Shown: positions 9,989 through 20,634, numbered from the stretch's first letter. The stretch: 64,000 nucleotides of DNA from an uncultured Gammaproteobacteria bacterium (GCA_964517135.1 CAZFBA010000006.1:17447-81446); one strand, 5' to 3'. Notes: generated by a model not told the origin, from the sequence alone. Made by a program: numbers and translations.

Positions 9989-11232
9989 AAATACTTCATC
10001 TTAACGAAAACGATAGCATGGGTGGTGCAGCTATTGCTACCCGGAGGCTTCATGAGGGTTTAACAGAAGCAGGCATAGACTCAACTCTTTTCGTGCAAAG
10101 AAAATATACCAGCAGAAAGGATGTTTATACTTATAAATCAGGTTTTCAATCAATTATAAATACCACAAGTAGTCGCTATAACCGATTTCCCAAAATATTC
10201 TATCCTGAAAGAAAAAAAGAAGCCTACAATACAGGTTATTCACTTAACAGCCTTGCCCCCGTTATTAAAGAATTCAAGCCTGATATTATTCATTTACACT
10301 GGATAGCAGACGGCTTTATAAATATCAATGAGTTAAAAAGATTTAACATACCTGTTGTATGGTCTCTGCATGATATGTGGCCCTTTACAGGAGGGTGTCA
10401 TTACTCATATGACTGTTCAAAATATACCTTCCTGTGCGGATGTTGCCCTGTTCTTTGCTCGACTAAAAAAAATGACCTTGCTTTTAAAGTTTTTCAATCA
10501 AGATCAAAAAGCATCAAAAACCTTAATTTAACGGTTGTATCACCTTCCAGGTGGCTTTCTGATAGTGCCAGCAATAGTGCAATATTCCGTGATAGCCAGA
10601 TTGCAACCATACCGCACGGGCTTAACCTCGAAATATTTAAGCCAGCCGGCAAAAATCACTCCAGGGCGATTCATTATATACCTGAAGATAAGAAAATCAT
10701 TCTGTTTGGAGGTATAAACCCTCATATAGACAAAAGAAAAGGCTTCCACCTGCTTGAAGAAGCCCTGAATATACTAAAAAATAAAAAAGAACTGGAAAAC
10801 TGCGAATTGCTTGTTTTTGGTTGCGAAGAAAAAATGATTGACTTTCAAAATGCTATAAAGACAACCTATTCAGGATACATTGCCCATGATATAGCCATGC
10901 CTGTTACATATTCTGCAGCTGATGTTATGATTGTGCCCTCATATCAGGAAGCTTTTGGGCTAACAGCACTGGAAGCTATGGCCTGTGGCACTCCGGTGGT
11001 TGCATTTGACACAACAGGTCTTAAAGACATAGTTACTCACAAAGAATCAGGCTATCTGGCCAGCCCTTATGAACCTGAAGACCTGGCCGAAGGTATTAAA
11101 TGGGTTCTTAAAAACAATTCTAACGCCTTAAATATATCTGAAAATGCCAGAAATAGGGTGGTTAAAGAATTTGATGTTAAAAATGTAGTTCAAAAATACT
11201 CAGAACTTTATTCAAAAATCTTAAATAATTAG
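9985..11232 (+). CDS. Glycosyltransferase family 4 (GT-B fold)
   Basis: It carries the C-terminal GT4 signature EAFGLTALEAMACGTPVVA and an N-terminal KILHL...GGAAIA. It starts at a TTG that overlaps the upstream stop by 4 bp. Confidence 0.85.
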   Translation: MKILHLNENDSMGGAAIATRRLHEGLTEAGIDSTLFVQRKYTSRKDVYTYKSGFQSIINTTSSRYNRFPKIFYPERKKEAYNTGYSLNSLAPVIKEFKPDIIHLHWIADGFININELKRFNIPVVWSLHDMWPFTGGCHYSYDCSKYTFLCGCCPVLCSTKKNDLAFKVFQSRSKSIKNLNLTVVSPSRWLSDSASNSAIFRDSQIATIPHGLNLEIFKPAGKNHSRAIHYIPEDKKIILFGGINPHIDKRKGFHLLEEALNILKNKKELENCELLVFGCEEKMIDFQNAIKTTYSGYIAHDIAMPVTYSAADVMIVPSYQEAFGLTALEAMACGTPVVAFDTTGLKDIVTHKESGYLASPYEPEDLAEGIKWVLKNNSNALNISENARNRVVKEFDVKNVVQKYSELYSKILNN

Positions 11233-11292
11233 AATATTAGCAAAAATACAGTGGTGCCTATGAAGAACTTAAAAGTTCCCTGTTTTTGCTGA

Positions 11293-11316
11293 AATCAATT
11301 GCCTTTTGATGGCAAC
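11293..11316. promoter_or_regulatory. Conserved 24-nt dyad motif AATCAATTGCCTTTTGATGGCAAC, copy 1, about 145 bp upstream of the exporter gene
   Basis: The core is TTGCC-N7-GGCAA. An identical 24-mer occurs at 30198..30221. Confidence 0.35.
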
Positions 11317-11460
11317 TCTGGTATCACTTCACAAAAATAATTTTGTAATAATACTTATTTTAAGCTTAATTTTAATTGTTATTTTTATTAATATTATTGT
11401 TTGAATGGTATTTAAAAGGTTTCTTATTACTAACCAGCGTTCAGTCAAGAAGGATAAGGA

Positions 11461-13912
11461 TATGATAAAGTCAATAAAGCTATGTTTGGTGATTGCACTG
11501 TTTTTTGTGCTTAATGCTCACGTTGTTATCGCTCAGGAAAGGGTTGAAACTATCAGGACATTCACAATGCCCTCTGAGACTGTAGCTAAACCCGGTGAGC
11601 TTACAACTGAATCCGTTCAGCCAATACAACCAATGGGCAATCTGAGAACTGTAAAGCAATACGAAGAAAGCTATTACGTTGATCTCAGCAATAATATCCT
11701 TGAAAAGAAAGAACTGCCAGAGCTTTTAAGTAATATTGAGAAGCTCTTTAACGGAGAAATCTTACAGTTTGGCTATGATATATTTGGTGAAAATATTGGT
11801 GCAACTGTTGCAGGGGTTTCTTCAAAGACACATGTACTCAGCAGTGGCGACAGAGTAAAAGTTCTTTTCTGGGGAGATACACTTGACCTTATGAAAATAA
11901 CAGGCTCAGGAGCATCAGCACTTGAATCTGTAGTCAATGCCACCGTTGATGCAGATGGAAATATATTTATACCGGGCGTAGGTCTTATTTATGCAAAGGG
12001 AAGAACAGTACCTGACCTTGAAAGAGAAATAAATATTAACCTGGCAGAAAAATATGAACAACTTAACGCTAAAATAGCCGTAGAAAGCCCTTCAAGTTTT
12101 AATATTATGGTGGTTGGTAAGGTAAAGAACCCGGGTTCAGTCGGCATATCACCACATGAAAATTTTATAGATGCTCTCAAATCTGCCGGTGGGATTCTAA
12201 AAACCGGATCGTTAAGAAATATCGAACATATTGATGCTCATACGAAAAAGAAAACCAGTATCGACCTTTATCAATTTCTCCTTGAGGGCCATTATCCTAA
12301 AATCAAACTTAAAAACGGTGATGTCCTTCTTGTAAAACCAATAGGGAAAGTCATTGGCCTGAATGAAGGCGTCAAAAACCCTGCAATATATGAATTTCTT
12401 GATAACGAAACCCTTGATGCTGCAATTAACTATGCAGGCGGTTTTCTGCCTTCTATTACTCCAGATAATATTGAAATAGAAAGATTTGACATACCTTCAG
12501 GGCAAAAAAGCATTGTAAGCATTACAGAATCACAACTCAAAAGCTTTAAACCAAAAGATGGTGATATGTTAAGCTTTGTTAAACTCTACGAACGCCCAGA
12601 AAATAACGTTTCAATAGAAGGAAACGTAAAACGTCCAAGAACTGTAGAATACAAGCCTGATATGAGGCTTTCTGACATACTCAAAAGCCGGGATGATTTA
12701 CTCTACAATACGTATACTGAACAGGCTGTTATAACAAGAATCGACGGACTAAATAAAGGCATTTTGCCGATACCTGTTTCGCTATCAGCGTTTTTTGCAG
12801 GCAAAATAGACCCTGTACTCAAGCCACAGGACGTTATTAGGGTATATGCTGCTACTAAAATGGGGGTAGTTGAAGTTGCAGGAGAAATAACTAACCCATC
12901 ATTTATACCATACAAAGATAAAATGACTTTGAAAGATATTTTATCAATAGTAGACTTTAAAACAAATCCAAATATTCTGGTTGCAGAGGTTTCAGGCTCA
13001 GAAGACAAAAGTAAATCAGCCTATAGAAAGAATTTGTCTGTAGATACAAAGGTTGTTTATCTCTATGAGCTTCTTACTAAAAATAATCCTGAACTTGATG
13101 TTCCATTAAAGCCTAATGACAAAATTATATTCAGGCCAGTTAGTGAAAAAGAGCCTCTAGAAGAGGTTGCTGTTTATGGTTACGTTAAAAAACCCGGCAT
13201 ATATAAAGTTATTCACGGAATGAAACTTATTGATGTAATAAATATTGCAGGAGGTTTGCGCTCTGATGCCTACCTTCCCGGGATGGTTTTCTTAAGATCG
13301 CTTGTCGAAAAGGCACAAAGAAAGGCTTATGAACGCTCTGAAACAAACTTACAGCTTGATATAGCTGAAAAAGTTACAGAAATGCATTCAATCAAAGACT
13401 CTTCTCGAAGGAGTGATCTGAAATCATACATAGATCAACAGGAAGACCTGCTTCAAATTATGCAAAAGAAAGCTAAAGAAGAGTTCGGGAGAATTGTTTT
13501 AAATATAAACTCGAATAACCTTGCAGAAATACCGCCCGAGTATAATCTTGAAATAAAAGATGGCGACCAGATTATCATCCCATATAAACCCCAGCACGTA
13601 GTTGTTATGGGCGAAGTATCCAATCAGTCTGCCATAGCTTTTCTGCCCGGTCAGACACCAGAATATTATATTGATCAGGTGGGCGGTTTCACAAAAGATG
13701 CCCGGAAGAAATCTGCATATTTAATTCGTGCAAGTGGGCGTACAGAAGCAATAAAAAGCTTTAATACTCTGGCAGTTAACCCAGGAGATTCTATTATCAT
13801 ACCCAGGAAAGTTGGTATACCTATAAACTGGGGTAATGTATTAAAATCAACACTGGGAATGGCTTTCCAGACAACCGGAATGGTTTACATGCTTATGAAA
13901 ATTGCTGATTAG
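11461..13912 (+). CDS. Polysaccharide export protein (Wza/EpsE-like) with multiple SLBB domains
   Basis: It has repeated SLBB-like segments (GDVLLVKPIGKVIGLNEGVKNPAIYEF, GDQIIIPYKPQHVVVMGEV, GDSIIIP) and a signal peptide MIKSIKLCLVIALFFVLNAHVVIAQE. The ATG at 11461 has an AAGGA RBS; the track's upstream ATG at 11405 is less likely. Confidence 0.8.
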
Positions 13913-13923
13913 AGGTAACTTAA

Positions 13924-15297
13924 ATGAGTGATGAGTTCAAAGATGCTGATATAGGCTTTGGCTTAAAGAAATTAAGCCTGATTATCTGGCATAGAAAATA
14001 CTGGATACTTGCTATATATACTGTTATAATCTTGCTGTTTGTTTTTATGGTTATGAATAAACCTAAAATATATACAGCAGAGGCATTGATACTTTATAAT
14101 AATACTGGAGCAACTAATTTAACTGAGATAAACCCTTATGCTGTATCCAGTATGGCTGGTCAGCAGGGCGGAGCCGTTATCAGCCTGGGGAAAGAATCTT
14201 TAGATACTGAGATACAGATCATACAGTCTCCTCTGGTTCTGGACAAAGTAATCATAGATAATGATTTGAAATACCAGTCAGGCCCTCACAAAGGGGAATA
14301 TCTACTGGCTGACCACTTTCTAAACCCTAATCTCATTGTAGAAACCCTTTCTGGCACACAGATTATACGTGTGGGCTATAAATCTACAAACCCTGAACTG
14401 GCTTATAATGTTGTAAAATCCATTGTTAAAAACTATAAAGATGTTAACGTAGCTATAAATTCTCAAAAAGCGATTAACGATATTGCTTTTTTATCTGATA
14501 TATATGACGAAACTCAAAAAGAAATTGACCAGAAGATCTCTAAACTTGAAACAACAAAAAAAGGAGACAAAATAAACCCTCTCTACAGGCTGGAAAAAGA
14601 TGATTTCAGGTATGAAATACTTACACAGCACGATAAGAGGCTTCAAAATGTTTTGAGAAATATGCCATCTACCAGTATAGACATTAAAAAATGGGAAGTC
14701 GACTTTGCACAGGAAATTGACAAGCTTAAAATGGTCAAAGAAAAGTATGAATGGTCAAAATTTTTGGAAGAAATGTCTAAAAATACTAGCAATATATTTG
14801 TTTTAAAAGAACCAAGAATGCCGAGAGACAATGAATATGAAAAACAAAGTTGGTTAACTTATATCTTAATATCTCTGGTAGTTTCTTTTACGGTATCCTG
14901 TATAGCTGTATCGGGCCTGGAGCTTGCATCAAAGAGGGTTACATTTAATGACCTGAGTGATAATACATATATAGTTTACAATAACCACATTAACTATAAA
15001 GACGTACTGACAGCTATTTCAGTTAACCATATAGACCGTGCTGGTGTGCTTTCATTTGTTGGAGAAGCTGAAACACAGCGTTTTGTTGACAATCTAAGAT
15101 CTCGACTTGCAGGGAGGGCACTTGATTTATCAATAAAAACAAATCAGGATACCTTTAACCTTGAAGTGGTTGAGGCTCATCAATACCTGATAATACTTGT
15201 AAAGTTTAATAAAACGTACAAAGAGACACTGCAAAGCCTGCGTAAAATCTGTAAAGAAAGCAATAAAATCATTCTAAAAGAATATTTATACTTATAA
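13924..15297 (+). CDS. Polysaccharide chain-length determinant (Wzz family) with no fused tyrosine-kinase domain
   Basis: It has an N-terminal TM after GLKKLSLIIWHRKYWILAIYTVIILLFVF, a coiled-coil periplasmic region and a second TM (WLTYILISLVVSFTVSCIAV). No Walker motifs are present. Confidence 0.65.
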   Translation: MSDEFKDADIGFGLKKLSLIIWHRKYWILAIYTVIILLFVFMVMNKPKIYTAEALILYNNTGATNLTEINPYAVSSMAGQQGGAVISLGKESLDTEIQIIQSPLVLDKVIIDNDLKYQSGPHKGEYLLADHFLNPNLIVETLSGTQIIRVGYKSTNPELAYNVVKSIVKNYKDVNVAINSQKAINDIAFLSDIYDETQKEIDQKISKLETTKKGDKINPLYRLEKDDFRYEILTQHDKRLQNVLRNMPSTSIDIKKWEVDFAQEIDKLKMVKEKYEWSKFLEEMSKNTSNIFVLKEPRMPRDNEYEKQSWLTYILISLVVSFTVSCIAVSGLELASKRVTFNDLSDNTYIVYNNHINYKDVLTAISVNHIDRAGVLSFVGEAETQRFVDNLRSRLAGRALDLSIKTNQDTFNLEVVEAHQYLIILVKFNKTYKETLQSLRKICKESNKIILKEYLYL

Positions 15298-15335
15298 AAC
15301 ATTCTGCTGAAGCGTCCAGAATAGATAAACAGAAG

Positions 15336-16484
15336 ATGACCAAGCAAACAAAAACCAAAATAACTCAAATAAGTAAGTATTATCATCCTTTTGCAGGCGG
15401 GCTGGAAGTAGTAGCAAAGCAAATATCAGAGGTAATGCAGTCTAAAGGCTTTGAATTAGAAGTTATAGCCCTGTCAGAAAACTTGAAAGATAGCATTGAA
15501 AGCATAAACGGCATACCAGTCAGGCGATGTGGCCGGCTGTTTGAGTTTAAATCTAACCCTATTTCATTAAGCTTCATAAGAGAACTTTCACGGGTTGATA
15601 CTGACATATTGCACTATCACCACCCTTATATCTTTGCTGCTATAGTTCATTTTATTGCCCGGCCTAAATATAAACACTTGACCGTAAGCTATCATGGTGA
15701 TATTACAAGGCAAAAGCATATTATGAAATTTTTTAACCCGGTTTATGAAGCGTTTTTAAACAGAGCAGACAGGATTCATGTTTTATCAGAGTTCATAAAA
15801 GACTTATCAACTACGTTAAATGCAATCAAATACAAAAAAAATCAAATACACGTAATTCCATATGGTATACCAATTAATAGTTTTCAAAATATAAACGATG
15901 AAAATATTAACAAAATTAAAGATATCTTCAATAATAAAACAATTATTCTCTATGTTGGAAGGTTTTACCCGGCAAAAGGTGTTGAATATTTAATAAGAGC
16001 AATGAATTATGTTAATGACAATGCTGTATTAGTCCTAATTGGATCAGGTTTTTTGAAAAAATCACTGGAAACTATTGTTTCTCAAAACAAACTGGAAACA
16101 AAAGTGTTTTTTACAGGAGACAAAATAGATCAAGAGCTTATAGATTATTATCAAGCCTGTCATATGCTTGCTTTACCCTCAATTTCAGAAACTTTTGGCA
16201 TCGTTCAGCTTGAAGCAATGGCCTGTGCCAAACCAGTTATTAATACAAACCTTAATACAGCATCAAATAAGGTTTCTGTTCATAATGAAACTGGTCTTAC
16301 TGTTGAGCCTCATAGCCCTGAAGCCCTGGCCATGGCAATAAATACGCTTATATCTGATGATCAACTACGAGAGAAGCTTGGTAACAATGCAAAAAAACGG
16401 GTTGAACAGTTCTTTTCTATTGACCTGATTGGAGAACAATATTGTCAATTTTTTGATTTTCAGGAAACCAGGGGAGTAAAATGA
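15336..16484 (+). CDS. Glycosyltransferase family 4
   Basis: Starts with KYYHPFAGGLE and carries the C-terminal E...FGIVQLEAMACAKPVI motif. Confidence 0.85.
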   Translation: MTKQTKTKITQISKYYHPFAGGLEVVAKQISEVMQSKGFELEVIALSENLKDSIESINGIPVRRCGRLFEFKSNPISLSFIRELSRVDTDILHYHHPYIFAAIVHFIARPKYKHLTVSYHGDITRQKHIMKFFNPVYEAFLNRADRIHVLSEFIKDLSTTLNAIKYKKNQIHVIPYGIPINSFQNINDENINKIKDIFNNKTIILYVGRFYPAKGVEYLIRAMNYVNDNAVLVLIGSGFLKKSLETIVSQNKLETKVFFTGDKIDQELIDYYQACHMLALPSISETFGIVQLEAMACAKPVINTNLNTASNKVSVHNETGLTVEPHSPEALAMAINTLISDDQLREKLGNNAKKRVEQFFSIDLIGEQYCQFFDFQETRGVK

Positions 16485-17716
16485 AAATTCTTTTCATAAA
16501 TAACTTTTTGGGCCCGCCAGGTGGTGTTGAAACACTACTCTACAGTGAGGCCAGTTTGTTAAAAGAAAAAGGCTATGAAGTGCATTTTTTTGCTGTCAAC
16601 AGAGCTCCTTTTTTTGAAGAGAATTATGAATACCGGCATTTTTTTCCTGATTATATAGACTTTAAAAGCCTGACAGGTATTCAGAAATTGAAATATTTGA
16701 ATATTTTCTATAATTTTGAAGCTAAAAAGAAGCTAAATAAGTGTATTAAAGAAATTAAACCTGACTTGATTCATATCCATAACTATTCTTATTATCTTAC
16801 TTCATCAATTATTGAAGAACTCAAAAAACATAAAATACCAGTTGTTCAGACTGTTCATGACTTTAGATTTGTTTGCCCTGGAGGCATTTTAGTTATTGAT
16901 GGCCAGATATGTCAGAATATAGAGTGTCTTAAAGGCAATAAACTGCATTGTGTCGCTAATAGATGCAAAAATAATCGTTTTATTGACAGTTTATTTGTTT
17001 ATATTGAATATTTGATAAATAAAAGTATGAATATACCTGACAGGATTGATAAATTTATCTTTCCGGCTCAGGCAAGCTATGAATTGTTTGTAAAAAATGG
17101 TTTTGATAAACAAAAATGCATTGTTATAAACAACTTTGTTAATGACATGTTTTTAGATCTTAACCCTGACTATACTAATAAAGGATATTTTCTTTATGCA
17201 GGCAGATTATCAGTAGAAAAGGGGTTAAAAAACCTTATAAAAGCTTTTTCTGAATTGCCGGAAGAGATTCAATTGCGTATTGCAGGCACAGGCCCTGAAG
17301 AAGAAAAGCTTAAAAAGCTTGCAGAGAATTTAAATTGCAAGAATATTCAATTTGCAGGCCTGAAATATGGTAATGACCTGATCGATGAATATCAGCATTC
17401 TATTGCGGCGATATTGCCCTGTGAGTGGTTTGAAACATTTGGTATAACCCTGCTTGAAGCCTTTGCGGCTGGCAAACCTGTTATTGCGAGCCGGGCCGGG
17501 GCAATACCTGAAATTGTTGAGGAGGGCAAAACAGGTTTACTTGTTACCCCCGGGGATATTGAAGAGTTAAAACAGGCTATTTTGCAGTTTTATTCTGACA
17601 TAGAGAAAACAAAAACTATGGGCAGGCAGGCAAGAGAACATGTCGTGGAAAAATTTTCTTCTGACATTCACCTGAAAAAGCTAATTTCTTTATATGAAGA
17701 TCAGTGCATAACTTAA
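16481..17716 (+). CDS. Glycosyltransferase family 4
   Basis: Starts MKILFINNFLGPPGGVE and carries the C-terminal EWFETFGITLLEAFAAGKPVIA motif. It overlaps the upstream gene by 4 bp. Confidence 0.85.
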   Translation: MKILFINNFLGPPGGVETLLYSEASLLKEKGYEVHFFAVNRAPFFEENYEYRHFFPDYIDFKSLTGIQKLKYLNIFYNFEAKKKLNKCIKEIKPDLIHIHNYSYYLTSSIIEELKKHKIPVVQTVHDFRFVCPGGILVIDGQICQNIECLKGNKLHCVANRCKNNRFIDSLFVYIEYLINKSMNIPDRIDKFIFPAQASYELFVKNGFDKQKCIVINNFVNDMFLDLNPDYTNKGYFLYAGRLSVEKGLKNLIKAFSELPEEIQLRIAGTGPEEEKLKKLAENLNCKNIQFAGLKYGNDLIDEYQHSIAAILPCEWFETFGITLLEAFAAGKPVIASRAGAIPEIVEEGKTGLLVTPGDIEELKQAILQFYSDIEKTKTMGRQAREHVVEKFSSDIHLKKLISLYEDQCIT

Positions 17717-17833
17717 AACTAACTGCAACAAAATAGATAATATTCTTATAAACACACCACTGATAAAGCATTTAAGCACTACCATTGCTGTTATATCAAA
17801 AAAGACAAAAATCTTTTATTAATAATGTTTTTC

Positions 17834-17903
17834 TTAGAAAAGACAAAAACTATGGGCAGGCAGGCAAGAGAACTTATCGTGGAAAAATTTTCTTCTGACA
17901 TTC
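17834..17903 (+). repeat. Direct repeat of the 3' end of the GT4 gene. Coordinates 17601..17670 are duplicated about 230 bp downstream with roughly 66 of 70 identities.
   Basis: Side-by-side comparison shows ...gacaaaaactatgggcaggcaggcaagagaac[a/t]t[g/a]tcgtggaaaaattttcttctgacattca in both copies. The downstream copy can be read as a roughly 47-codon chimeric ORF running 17851..~17994. Confidence 0.6.
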
Positions 17904-17951
17904 AAATAAGGTGCTCTGGACGACTCAAAAGCTCTAAAGAGGCTAATAACT

Positions 17952-17990
17952 ACCGGAGCGAACTAAGTTCGCTCCGGAGAGAGTTTTATT
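17952..17990 (+). terminator. Putative rho-independent terminator of the EPS GT operon
   Basis: There is a perfect 11-bp stem, ccggagcgaac/gttcgctccgg, with a 3-nt loop, followed by a T-rich tract (agagagttttatttc). Confidence 0.45.
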
Positions 17991-18188
17991 TCGGGCTATA
18001 CTAAGCTACATGAAGAATTAAATTCTTCTAAAACACCCGTCCTCTATCTTCTAAAATCTTGGAGAGTTTTTTGTTGTGAAGTTTGCAAAAATTCATGAAT
18101 TAAAAGGTTTATAATGATAAAATTAAAATCATAACAAAATTTAAATAAATTTTATAAAATATAATTTATAAAAACAGGGGGAACAATA

Positions 18189-18572
18189 ATGGATCAAAAT
18201 ACACAAAATAGCATTGATTATGAAAGCTTAAAAGCTGGCAGAAGGTGGTATGATAAAGACCCTGTCCTGAGCAAGGCTATCAAAACTCTTGAAAAAAGTG
18301 ATGACCAGATACAAATTCAAATTGCCCTTAACCTAATTAAAATTGTCATTGAACACAAAATAGAACTTGAAGAATTTGGTTCAATAGAAGAGCTGCTTTC
18401 AACTGTTAAAAATGCTTATGATGCAGATGAGGGAAGGCAAGAGCGCTGGTATGATTTAAATGAAACTGTCAGGGCTGCAATGGTAATGCTTGAAAATTGC
18501 CCAGAAGACCTCAGGCAAAAGATAGCCAGAGATATTGCTGAACTTATATCAAGAATGATTCAACAGGGCTAA
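18189..18572 (+). CDS. Hypothetical small protein (127 aa)
   Basis: A GGGGGA RBS precedes the ATG. I recognise no motifs. The protein is acidic and predicted helical. Confidence 0.4.
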   Translation: MDQNTQNSIDYESLKAGRRWYDKDPVLSKAIKTLEKSDDQIQIQIALNLIKIVIEHKIELEEFGSIEELLSTVKNAYDADEGRQERWYDLNETVRAAMVMLENCPEDLRQKIARDIAELISRMIQQG

Positions 18573-18581
18573 TATAACGCA

Positions 18582-19373
18582 CTAAAATGAAGGTTTTTCT
18601 ATAAGCGGGTTAAGCCCAAACCATTTGCGAGAAACTCTATCATAGATGCCATTATCTATAAGTTCTTGCAGGGCAAGGTTAATCTGTTCTAATAATTCTT
18701 TATTCTTTTTATTTACAGTAAGTCCACAGGGGGTTTCATTAACAGGGGTCCCAACAAATTTGATTTTAAAACCCTCATTATTTTTCAAATGATACATTGC
18801 TGCATAATCTGAGACCGCTGAACCCACCATGCCAAGTTGCAGGGCAATTCTTAAGTCTCTCTGTGTAGGAAATTTCTTTAGTTGATCTGTAGAAAAACCA
18901 AGTTCATTTATCAAAATACCTGGATAAACAGTACCATTACGAATTCCAACCATGATTTTCTTTTCTCTGATGTCATCTATAGAATTAACATCTTTGTTTG
19001 ACGCCTGTACTACAAACTGCCCACGAGAATAATTATAGGGAATACTGAAATTTACTACTTCCTGACGGGCAGGCACAATGTTCATGCTTCCCATACCTAC
19101 ATCTATCTGATTGCCTGAAACGGCTGCAATCAGTCTGTTAAAAGAATAGGTTTCAAGATTAAGCTTTTTATTCATTACTTTTGCTAGTTCCCGGGCAAGC
19201 TCAACATCAAAACCTACCAGTTCATTGCTATCTGGATCATAATAACTATAAGGAGGCATTTCTCCTGAAACGCCAATATAAATTGTTTTGCTGTCTTTTT
19301 GTTGTTGACAGGCAGTTACAAAGATAAAAACACATAAGACGATTGCTATCTTTATGATTGCTGATTTAAGCAT
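18582..19373 (-). CDS. Solute-binding protein, family 3 (amino-acid ABC transporter SBP-like), lipoprotein
   Basis: The lipobox-like signal is MLKSAIIKIAIVLCVFIFVTAC. SBP_bac_3-like segments include IYIGVSGEMPPYSYYD...LVGFDVELARELAK. No permease or ATPase gene is adjacent, so it is an orphan SBP. Confidence 0.7.
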   Translation of the reverse strand: MLKSAIIKIAIVLCVFIFVTACQQQKDSKTIYIGVSGEMPPYSYYDPDSNELVGFDVELARELAKVMNKKLNLETYSFNRLIAAVSGNQIDVGMGSMNIVPARQEVVNFSIPYNYSRGQFVVQASNKDVNSIDDIREKKIMVGIRNGTVYPGILINELGFSTDQLKKFPTQRDLRIALQLGMVGSAVSDYAAMYHLKNNEGFKIKFVGTPVNETPCGLTVNKKNKELLEQINLALQELIDNGIYDRVSRKWFGLNPLIEKPSF

Positions 19374-20634
19374 TTTCTTTTGCAAACCTTAATATTATTT
19401 TTGCGGCCTCAACAATATCAGGACAGTTTTCCTGAATAAACTTTTTGTAATCTTGATCAGGGTTTTTCCTGAAACCATCCAGAGCTTTGCTACCTGAATA
19501 GTCAGTTATGGCCAGGCGAAGGTTTAGTTCTGATTCATCCTGCCCGAAACAGCTTGAAGGAAGGCTGGCTACATTATAGTCTGTCAGAAGGGTGCGGGCT
19601 ACTTGCTTTGAAGATTTAAATTTTTTAAGATTAAATTTAGGATAAACATAAAAGGCCCCCATCGGAGGAGAACATTCTATTACACTGGATTTCATTATCG
19701 CATTGAAAAAATAATTTAACACTATACCGTGTATAGCTGTGCAATCATTTATAAAATTGGTCATTTCAGGGCCTGTAGAAAAAGCATTCAAAGCAGCATA
19801 CTGAACAGGAGCACTTACACAGGAAAAAGTTTCACTAATAAGAGTGTTGAAGGCCTTTTTAAGTTCTTTTTGACCTTCAGGAACCAGACAAACCCCTAAT
19901 CTATAACCACCAAGAGAGCGATCTTTTGATATGCCACCAGTAACAAATGTTCCTTCAGGGTAAAACTTGGCAAAACTGGTATGTTTGTATCCTTCAAATG
20001 TGATATTTCCGTATATTTCATCAGAAATGAGAAGTATTTTGTGCTTTCGGGCAAAATCAGTAATTTCTTTGACGGTTTTTTCATTATATGAATTGCCACA
20101 GGGGTTGCCGGGCGTATTTATTAGCATAAGATGCGGGTTAAGACCTTTTTTAAGTGCTGTGTTATAAGCTTTCTCAAGATCTTCTGCTGTCATACAGTAA
20201 GAGTTTTCGATTGTTGTTGGTACTTTAACAACTTGTTTATGAGCTAATTTAGCCTGTGGAATATAGCTAACCCACGAAGGCACAGGCAATATCAGATCAC
20301 CTTCCAGCAAAAGCATCAGATCAAATATGAGTTCTTTGCTGCCGGGCCCAATAAAAATGTCTCCTGGCAAATAATTTAGATTAAACCATTTTTTGTAAAA
20401 CTCTGATACGTTGACCCTTAGCTCAGGTATGCCCTGTGTAGGCTGATAGGATTTAATATCTTCACCCCGTCTCAGGCCTGCTTTAACTATTTCAGGCACA
20501 GGAAATGGTGACTCACCAAACCCGAGATGATATAATTTCTTGCCTTCCTGACGCATTGATTTGATATTCTGGTTGATAGCAAGAGTTGCTGACTCTTCTA
20601 TCGTGTTGAATACTTTTGAAATCATTATTTCCAT
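19366..20634 (-). CDS. PLP-dependent aminotransferase, class I/II fold
   Basis: 422 aa with a typical fold-type I layout. A Lys-containing segment GISKDRSLGGYRLG is consistent with the PLP-binding region. Confidence 0.75.
   Translation of the reverse strand: MEIMISKVFNTIEESATLAINQNIKSMRQEGKKLYHLGFGESPFPVPEIVKAGLRRGEDIKSYQPTQGIPELRVNVSEFYKKWFNLNYLPGDIFIGPGSKELIFDLMLLLEGDLILPVPSWVSYIPQAKLAHKQVVKVPTTIENSYCMTAEDLEKAYNTALKKGLNPHLMLINTPGNPCGNSYNEKTVKEITDFARKHKILLISDEIYGNITFEGYKHTSFAKFYPEGTFVTGGISKDRSLGGYRLGVCLVPEGQKELKKAFNTLISETFSCVSAPVQYAALNAFSTGPEMTNFINDCTAIHGIVLNYFFNAIMKSSVIECSPPMGAFYVYPKFNLKKFKSSKQVARTLLTDYNVASLPSSCFGQDESELNLRLAITDYSGSKALDGFRKNPDQDYKKFIQENCPDIVEAAKIILRFAKENA

Noticed and set aside
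11281-11320. Possible sigma-54 (-24/-12) promoter, TGGCAA...GTATCA, upstream of the polysaccharide exporter, as is common in PEP-CTERM loci
   Set aside because: There is no GC dinucleotide at the required 10–11-nt spacing from the GG. The same TGGCAAC string recurs at 30212 in a non-promoter context, so it is better described as part of the shared dyad motif.
17900-18060. A tRNA or other structured RNA in the GC-richer patch after the GT4 operon
   Set aside because: No cloverleaf can be drawn. The single 11-bp hairpin followed by a T-rich tract is better explained as an intrinsic terminator.
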